DNA of 54,604 nt from an uncultured Dechloromonas sp. (lineage in GTDB: Bacteria; Pseudomonadota; Gammaproteobacteria; Burkholderiales; Rhodocyclaceae): the NCBI GenBank assembly GCA_964525545.1, contig CAZGHR010000002.1, positions 1 through 54,604 on the forward strand, in the 5' to 3' direction. The notes below the pieces were generated by a model that was not told the DNA's origin, made no database searches, and saw only the letters and a program-made list of their open reading frames with translations. The position numbers and the translations under genes were made by a program. The number at the start of each line of letters is the position of its first letter. Positions within the stretch are counted from its first letter, which is position 1. Below are positions 48,473 through 54,604 of the stretch, piece after piece.

Positions 48473-49822
48473 CTAACCTCTGAGGCGATTCTCCCACGTT
48501 TTGGCCTTGGCGTATATCTCTCCGTGAGAAATTTTCTGAAGGTGTTTCTTTTTTACAACACATTCGCCATCGATCCAGACATGGGTAACATCTTCCCTAC
48601 CTGCTGCATGGATTATATGCGATGCCGGGTCGAATACGGGCAACGTGGTCATATTGTCCAGGGCAATTGCACAGATGTCGGCACGTTTGCCGATGGTGAG
48701 TGAACCGATCTTGTCCTGTAGTCCCAGGGCGCGGGCGCCGCCGAGTGTTGCCATATATATAAGTGTGTGCGCCGGAAACAGACTGGGGTCTTGTTCGATG
48801 CCTTTTGCCAGCAAGCCCGCCAGGCGGGTTTCTGACAGTAGATCCAGACGGTTGTTGCCTGCAGCACCATCGGTACCGATGCCTATATTAATGCCGGCTT
48901 TTTGCAAGGCAGTGGTGCGGGCAACTCCCGAGCCGAGCTTCAGGTTAGCGGCCGGGCAGTGGGCAACGTGCATATTGTTACGTGCCATCAGTGCGATGTC
49001 GCTGTCATTAAGGGCAACCGCATGCACGGCTAGAGTTTGCGGTCCAACAATGCCCAAACGTTCCAGGCGTTCCAGCGGGCGCATGCCATGTTGACGCAGG
49101 CTGTCGTCGACCTCGTGCTGGGTTTCGTGCACATGAATATGAATGCCCAGACCCGTTTGTGCAGAGAGCGTCGCTACTTTTTCGAAAGTCGCGTCAGAAA
49201 CCGTATAGGGGGCATGGGGAGCCAGCATAAAGCTCAGGCGAGGGTGGTTGCGTAGGGCGTCACGTGTCGATAGGCCCCGGTTCAGGTAGTCATCGGCGCC
49301 CAGGCCATAGGCAGTGGGTACCTCGAAAGCCAGAATGCCCAGGCTGGCGCGAATACCGGATTGGTCAACAGCTTCGGCGGCCGCTTCTGGGAAAAAATAC
49401 ATGTCATTAAAGGTAGTAACCCCCGCTAGCAGCATTTCTGCACAGGCAAGCAAGGTGCCGTCGCGCACCATTTCGGTGCTAACCCAGCGGCTTTCCAGTG
49501 GCCATATCCATTCTTCAAGCCAGGTTTTGAGTGGCTGGTCATCAGCAATGCCCCGCATGAGGGTCATGCCGGCATGGGTATGGGTGTTCACCAGCCCGGG
49601 TATTAAAACGTGATCGGCCAAATCCTCGACCGTGCTGGCGGTATAGCGCTGCAGGGCGGCATCCCGGGGGAGCAGATCCAGAATCTCACCATGATTAATG
49701 ACCAGAGCATGGTCTTCTAGGATGGTGCCCGCAGGTTCAACCGGAATAATCCAGCGTGCGCAGACCATCAGGTCGGCTTGAATAGGCAATGGTAAGGGTG
49801 CGTGGTTCGGCATGTTCTGCAT
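48473..49822 (-). CDS. mtaD: TRZ/ATZ amidohydrolase, MTA/SAH deaminase-like
   Basis: PGLVNTHTH, APHAPY, HIHVHET, AVHAV, HCPAANLKL, GTDGAAGNN. ATG at 49822 or 49813 is preferred over 49915. Confidence 0.8.
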   Translation of the reverse strand: MQNMPNHAPLPLPIQADLMVCARWIIPVEPAGTILEDHALVINHGEILDLLPRDAALQRYTASTVEDLADHVLIPGLVNTHTHAGMTLMRGIADDQPLKTWLEEWIWPLESRWVSTEMVRDGTLLACAEMLLAGVTTFNDMYFFPEAAAEAVDQSGIRASLGILAFEVPTAYGLGADDYLNRGLSTRDALRNHPRLSFMLAPHAPYTVSDATFEKVATLSAQTGLGIHIHVHETQHEVDDSLRQHGMRPLERLERLGIVGPQTLAVHAVALNDSDIALMARNNMHVAHCPAANLKLGSGVARTTALQKAGINIGIGTDGAAGNNRLDLLSETRLAGLLAKGIEQDPSLFPAHTLIYMATLGGARALGLQDKIGSLTIGKRADICAIALDNMTTLPVFDPASHIIHAAGREDVTHVWIDGECVVKKKHLQKISHGEIYAKAKTWENRLRG

Positions 49823-49938
49823 GTTAAACTTGAACAATTTTTCCGGATACCGGTTTCTGGCAGTTTTGCTGTCTAAGCACCCGATTTTTACCGGAAAGTT
49901 TCTGAACCGTACCATTTTTGCCCAGTCACGAAAGTTTT

Positions 49939-52503
49939 ATGGACAATTTCGCCAAAGAAACACTACCGATTAGCCTCGAAGACGAAATGCGTCGTTCGTA
50001 CCTTGATTACGCCATGAGCGTGATCGTAGGTCGTGCGCTGCCGGATGTGCGAGACGGCCTGAAGCCGGTGCACCGTCGCGTGTTGTTTGCCATGCACGAG
50101 CTCAATAACGACTGGAACAAGGCTTATAAGAAATCGGCTCGTGTAGTCGGTGACGTGATCGGTAAGTACCACCCGCACGGCGATACCGCGGTGTACGACA
50201 CCATTGTTCGTATGGCGCAGGATTTCTCGCTGCGTTACATGCTGGTAGATGGTCAGGGTAACTTCGGTTCGGTCGATGGCGATAACGCCGCGGCGATGCG
50301 TTACACGGAAGTGCGTATGGCCAAAATTGGCCATGAATTGCTCGCCGACATTGACAAAGAAACCGTCGACTTCGGACCGAACTACGATGGTTCAGAACAA
50401 GAGCCGCTGATTCTGCCTGCCCGTATCCCGAACCTGCTGATTAATGGTTCGTCGGGTATTGCCGTGGGTATGGCAACGAATATTCCGCCGCATAACCTGT
50501 CGGAAGTGATTGCCGCCTGTCTGGCGCTGCTGGAAAACCCGGATCTGACCATTGATCAACTGATCGATATCGTTCCGGCACCAGACTTCCCGACGGCCGG
50601 CATTATTTACGGCATCTCGGGTGTGCGTGATGGTTATCGCACCGGCCGTGGCCGTGTGGTGATGCGCGCCAAGACGCACTTCGAAGATCTGGATAAGTCG
50701 GGTAACCGTCAGTCGATCATCGTTGATGAACTGCCGTACCAGGTGAACAAGCGTACCCTGCTCGAGAAAATTGCCGAGCTGGTCAACGAGAAGAAGATCG
50801 AAGGTATTTCGGAAATCCGCGATGAGTCGGATAAATCCGGTATGCGTGTCGTGATCGAACTCAAGCGTGGCGAGATCCCCGACATCATCTTGAACAACCT
50901 GTACAAGATGACGCAGCTGCAAGACACCTTCGGCATGAACATGGTGGCGCTGGTTGATGGTCAGCCACGTTTGCTGAACCTGAAGCAGATGCTGGAATGC
51001 TTCCTGGCGCACCGCCGCGAAGTGGTTACACGTCGTAACGTATTCGAACTGCGTAAAGCACGTGACCGTGGCCACATTCTGGAAGGTCTGGCCGTTGCGC
51101 TGTCGAATGTGGATGAAATCATTGCCTTGATCAAGGCCGCGCCGACACCGGCTGATGCCAAGGTGGGTCTGATGTCGCGCACCTGGAAGAGCCCGGTCGT
51201 TGAAGAAATGCTCAAGCGCGCAGCAGCAGAAGCCTCGCGCCCTGAAGGTCTGTCGCCAGAGTACGGTATGTCGGCCAAGGGTTACCGCATGTCGGACATC
51301 CAGGCGCAAGCCATTCTGGAACTGCGACTGCAGCGCCTGACCGGTCTGGAACAAGACAAGATCGTTAACGAATATCGCGAAGTGATGGAAAAGATTGCCG
51401 ATCTGATCGACATCCTTTCCAATGCCGCACGTGTTACCGAAATCATCGCGCAGGAACTGAATGAAGTGCGTGAACAGTTCGTGATCGGTACCAAAGACAA
51501 GCGTCGCTCGGAAATCGTGACCCATACCCAGGATCTGGGTGTGGAAGATCTGATTGCCCCGCAGGATATGGTTGTGACCCTGTCGCACACCGGTTACATC
51601 AAGAGCCAGCCGCTCACCGATTACCGCGCACAGCGTCGTGGTGGCCGTGGCAAGCAGGCGGCAGCGATTAAAGACGATGATTTCGTTGAACACCTGTTCG
51701 TGGCCAATACCCACGATTACATCCTGTGCTTCAGCAACCGTGGCCGTTGTTATTGGCTGAAGGTGTATGAAGTACCACAAGGTTCGCGTATCTCGCGCGG
51801 TAAGCCAATCGTCAACATGTTCCCGCTGGACGAAGGCGAAAAGATCAACGCCATTTTGCCGGTGAAGGAATTCGCCGAAGACCGCTACGTATTTATGGCG
51901 ACCTCGCAGGGTACTGTGAAGAAGACACCATTGTCTGAATTCTCGAACCCGCGTAAGGCCGGCATTATCGCTGTGGCGCTGGATGAAAGTGATTATCTGA
52001 TTGGCGCGCTGCTCACTTCCGGTAGCAACGACATCATGCTGGTGTCGGATGCCGGTAAAGCCGTCTGGTTCGACGAAGAAGATGTGCGTCCGATGGGTCG
52101 TCCGGCCCGTGGTGTGCGCGGTATGAAACTGCAGAAGGATCAGAACGTGTTGTCGCTGCTGGTGGCGCATGATGATTCCGAAACCGTGCTGGTTGCTACC
52201 GAAAATGGTTTCGGCAAGCGCACGGCACTGGCAGACTTCCGTCACTCGGGTCGCGGCACGCAAGGCGTTAAGGCGATTGCCGATAGCGCCCGTAACGGCC
52301 GTGTCGTTGCTGCCAAACTGGTGAGCGACGAAGACGAAATCATGCTCATCACCACCGGTGGCGTGCTGATCCGTACGCGTGTGAAGGAAATTCGTGAACT
52401 GGGTCGCGCCACACAAGGCGTCACGCTGATCTCGCTGGATGACGGCGAGAAGCTGGCCGGTCTGGAAAAGATCGTTGAAACAGACGACGAAGAAGAAAAT
52501 TAA
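49939..52503 (+). CDS. gyrA: DNA gyrase subunit A
   Basis: [16 protein letters not shown] (catalytic Tyr), GyrA box QRRGGRG, C-terminal beta-pinwheel repeats, acidic tail. Confidence 0.98.
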   Translation: MDNFAKETLPISLEDEMRRSYLDYAMSVIVGRALPDVRDGLKPVHRRVLFAMHELNNDWNKAYKKSARVVGDVIGKYHPHGDTAVYDTIVRMAQDFSLRYMLVDGQGNFGSVDGDNAAAMRYTEVRMAKIGHELLADIDKETVDFGPNYDGSEQEPLILPARIPNLLINGSSGIAVGMATNIPPHNLSEVIAACLALLENPDLTIDQLIDIVPAPDFPTAGIIYGISGVRDGYRTGRGRVVMRAKTHFEDLDKSGNRQSIIVDELPYQVNKRTLLEKIAELVNEKKIEGISEIRDESDKSGMRVVIELKRGEIPDIILNNLYKMTQLQDTFGMNMVALVDGQPRLLNLKQMLECFLAHRREVVTRRNVFELRKARDRGHILEGLAVALSNVDEIIALIKAAPTPADAKVGLMSRTWKSPVVEEMLKRAAAEASRPEGLSPEYGMSAKGYRMSDIQAQAILELRLQRLTGLEQDKIVNEYREVMEKIADLIDILSNAARVTEIIAQELNEVREQFVIGTKDKRRSEIVTHTQDLGVEDLIAPQDMVVTLSHTGYIKSQPLTDYRAQRRGGRGKQAAAIKDDDFVEHLFVANTHDYILCFSNRGRCYWLKVYEVPQGSRISRGKPIVNMFPLDEGEKINAILPVKEFAEDRYVFMATSQGTVKKTPLSEFSNPRKAGIIAVALDESDYLIGALLTSGSNDIMLVSDAGKAVWFDEEDVRPMGRPARGVRGMKLQKDQNVLSLLVAHDDSETVLVATENGFGKRTALADFRHSGRGTQGVKAIADSARNGRVVAAKLVSDEDEIMLITTGGVLIRTRVKEIRELGRATQGVTLISLDDGEKLAGLEKIVETDDEEEN

Positions 52504-52521
52504 TTCATCGGATTAAACAAG

Positions 52522-53622
52522 ATGCGTCACTGGAATTTTGCTGCAGGTCCCGCCACCATACCGCTGGCGGTGCTTGAGCAGGTGCGGGAAGAATTGCCCG
52601 ATTGGCATGGTGCCGGTTGTGGCGTGATGGAAATGAGTCACCGTGGCAAGATCTACACGGGTATCTACGAGCAAGTCATTGCCGATCTGCGCAAGCTGAT
52701 GGATATCCCGGAAGACTATGCCATCCTGTTCTTGCAGGGGGGTGCCACACTCCAGTTCTCGCAGATTCCGATGAACATTCTGGATGGTGGTTCAGCCGAC
52801 TATCTCACCACTGGTGCCTGGTCTGAAAAAGCCGTTAAGGCGGGCCAGCGTTTGTATGGTGATGCGATTTGCGAAGCCGGTACCAGTGCTGAGAGTGGCT
52901 TTACGCGTCTGGTTGATCCGGCATCAATGACTTTGAACCCGAATGCCAAGTACCTGCACTTCTGCAGTAACGAAACCATCGGTGGTGTGGAAGTGTTTGA
53001 TCTCAAGCAACTGGGTGCCGCTGTGCAACCCGGCGTGCCCCTCGTTGCTGATATGTCGTCGAACATTCTGTCGCGCCCGATCAATGTGCGTGACTATGGT
53101 CTGATTTACGCAGGCGCTCAGAAGAACATTGGTCCGGCCGGTGTCACGCTGGTAATCGTGCGTAAGGATCTGTTGGGTAAAGCGTCTAAAGCGATACCGG
53201 CATTGATGGATTACGCCGAGCAGGAAAAGAACACCTCGATGCTCAACACGCCACCGACTTTTGGTATTTACATGTCGGGTCTGGTGTTTCAGTGGCTGCT
53301 CAAGCAGGGCGGGCTGCCGGCAATCGCCAAGGTGAATCAGGCCAAGGCTGAACTGCTCTACAAAACCATTGATGGTAGTGGCGGCTTCTACACCAATAAC
53401 ATCGCGACCGATTGCCGCTCGTGGATGAACGTGCCGTTTACGTTGAAAGATAAAGCGCTGGATCCGATCTTCCTTGAAGAATCGGATAAGGCCGGTCTGT
53501 TGGCGCTGAAGGGTCACAAACTGGTCGGCGGTATGCGTGCCTCGATTTACAACGCCATGCCGATGGAAGGCGTTCAGGCCTTGGTGGCATTCATGAACGA
53601 CTTCATGCGTCGCCACGGCTAA
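52522..53622 (+). CDS. serC: Phosphoserine aminotransferase
   Basis: NFAAGP, EMSHR, FLQGGA, NETIGG, DMSS, AGAQKN (PLP Lys), NTPP, GGMRASIYNA. Confidence 0.97.
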   Translation: MRHWNFAAGPATIPLAVLEQVREELPDWHGAGCGVMEMSHRGKIYTGIYEQVIADLRKLMDIPEDYAILFLQGGATLQFSQIPMNILDGGSADYLTTGAWSEKAVKAGQRLYGDAICEAGTSAESGFTRLVDPASMTLNPNAKYLHFCSNETIGGVEVFDLKQLGAAVQPGVPLVADMSSNILSRPINVRDYGLIYAGAQKNIGPAGVTLVIVRKDLLGKASKAIPALMDYAEQEKNTSMLNTPPTFGIYMSGLVFQWLLKQGGLPAIAKVNQAKAELLYKTIDGSGGFYTNNIATDCRSWMNVPFTLKDKALDPIFLEESDKAGLLALKGHKLVGGMRASIYNAMPMEGVQALVAFMNDFMRRHG

Positions 53623-53658
53623 TTTATTTATTCACCGGCAGTCAGCAAGGAGAGGGTG

Positions 53659-54604
53659 ATGTCATCAGATAAGAATTCGGGGCAGACAATCCAGGAAGCG
53701 CTGGCGGTTGTGCGTGAGCAAATTGATGGCATTGATGGCACTTTGCTCGAATTGCTGAATCGCCGCGCCCAGTGCGCGCGAGAAGTGGGTGAGATCAAAG
53801 CGCGCTTTGGCGATGATGGGTTTATCTATCGCCCGGAGCGCGAAGCTCAGGTGCTACGCCGTCTGCAGGAGCTGAATCAAGGGCCGCTGGCCAACGAGAC
53901 CGTTACTCGTCTGTTTCGTGAAGTTATGTCGGCCTGTCTGGCGCTGGAACAACCGATTGGCGTGGCATTCCTCGGCCCTCTCGGTACGTTCTCTGAGTCT
54001 GCCGCCGTTAAACAGTTTGGTCACGCCGTACGTCTGTTGCCGCAGGCATCGATTGACGATGTCTTCCGTGAAGTGGAAGCAGGGCATGCCGATTACGCGG
54101 TGGTGCCTGTCGAGAATTCGACCGAAGGTGCCATTGGTCGCACCCTGGATTTGCTGCTTGGTACCTCGCTCAAGATTTGTGGCGAAGTGGTGGTGCGCAT
54201 TCACCAGAACCTTTTGTCCCGTGCGTCAGGCCTGGGTGAGATCAAGCAGGTGCTGTCACATGCCCAGTCGCTGGCGCAGTGCCATGAGTGGCTCAATCGC
54301 AATCTGCCGGATGTGCCTCGCATACCTGTTGCGAGTAACGCCGAGGCTGCGCGTCGTGCCGCTGAAGATCCGACAATTGCAGCTATTGCCGGTGAAGCCG
54401 CTGCTGAACGTTATCAGTTGCCGCATCTGGCTAGCAACATTGAAGATGAACCGAACAACACCACCCGTTTCCTGGTGTTAGGCCGTTTTGCCGCGGGCGT
54501 GTCGGGTCAGGATAAAACCTCGCTGATTCTGTCGACACCGAATCGTACGGGTGCACTGCAGTCGTTGCTGGCGCCTCTGGCCCAAGCGGGCGTATCGATG
54601 ACCC
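53659..54604 (+). CDS. pheA: Chorismate mutase / prephenate dehydratase (P-protein); runs off the 3' end and is not in the ORF track
   Basis: Hand translation: MSSDKNSG...VREQIDGID...LLNRRA...IYRPEREAQVL...FLGPLGTFS...PVENSTEG...NTTRFLV. AAGGAG RBS; follows serC. Confidence 0.95.
   Translation, partial: MSSDKNSGQTIQEALAVVREQIDGIDGTLLELLNRRAQCAREVGEIKARFGDDGFIYRPEREAQVLRRLQELNQGPLANETVTRLFREVMSACLALEQPIGVAFLGPLGTFSESAAVKQFGHAVRLLPQASIDDVFREVEAGHADYAVVPVENSTEGAIGRTLDLLLGTSLKICGEVVVRIHQNLLSRASGLGEIKQVLSHAQSLAQCHEWLNRNLPDVPRIPVASNAEAARRAAEDPTIAAIAGEAAAERYQLPHLASNIEDEPNNTTRFLVLGRFAAGVSGQDKTSLILSTPNRTGALQSLLAPLAQAGVSMT

Noticed and set aside
50161..50200. Quinolone-resistance allele in the GyrA QRDR (Thr at the Ser83-equivalent position)
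   Set aside because: HGDTAVYD with Thr is the natural state in many proteobacteria, and the Asp87 equivalent is intact.
50392..52416. 674-aa antisense ORF inside gyrA
   Set aside because: Shadow ORF expected from the codon bias of a conserved gene; no recognisable motifs.
53918..54481. 187-aa plus-strand ORF in the track
   Set aside because: Out-of-frame overlap with pheA, which starts at 53659 and was missed because it has no stop codon in the window.

Overview
A gene-dense bacterial chromosomal window with no integrase, transposase, phage gene, rRNA or CRISPR array that I can see. The tmRNA tag ANDERYALAA, the gyrA/ompA/ubiG/gph context and the paired cphA genes point to a betaproteobacterium, possibly Rhodocyclales-like (inference). 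Core genes: rarA (partial), serS, mltF, tRNA-Ser(CGA), tRNA-Arg(CCT), bcp, uup, rlmJ, cls, a System I cytochrome c maturation set split into two convergent operons (ccmFGH versus ccmABCDE, with ccmD absent from the ORF track), ssrA, gph, ubiG, ompA, an mtaD-like deaminase, gyrA, serC and pheA (partial). Two ribosome-independent amide-bond systems stand out. (1) A six-gene, roughly 10 kb cluster encodes circularly permuted ATP-grasp ligases, alpha-E proteins, an Anbu proteasome-type protease, a transglutaminase/COOH-NH2-ligase fusion and a transglutaminase. It carries two sigma54-type promoter motifs and an NtrC-like box, and follows a 2-hydroxycarboxylate transporter that lacks the family's substrate-binding Arg. 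(2) A cyanophycin locus has two CphA paralogs with complementary motif loss: one keeps only the hydrolytic N-domain Cx19HxxEH motif, the other keeps only the two ligase sites. An ABC exporter and a DUF1854 protein lie next to them, and there is no cyanophycinase in the window. All family calls come from motif recognition by eye; no database searches were run.
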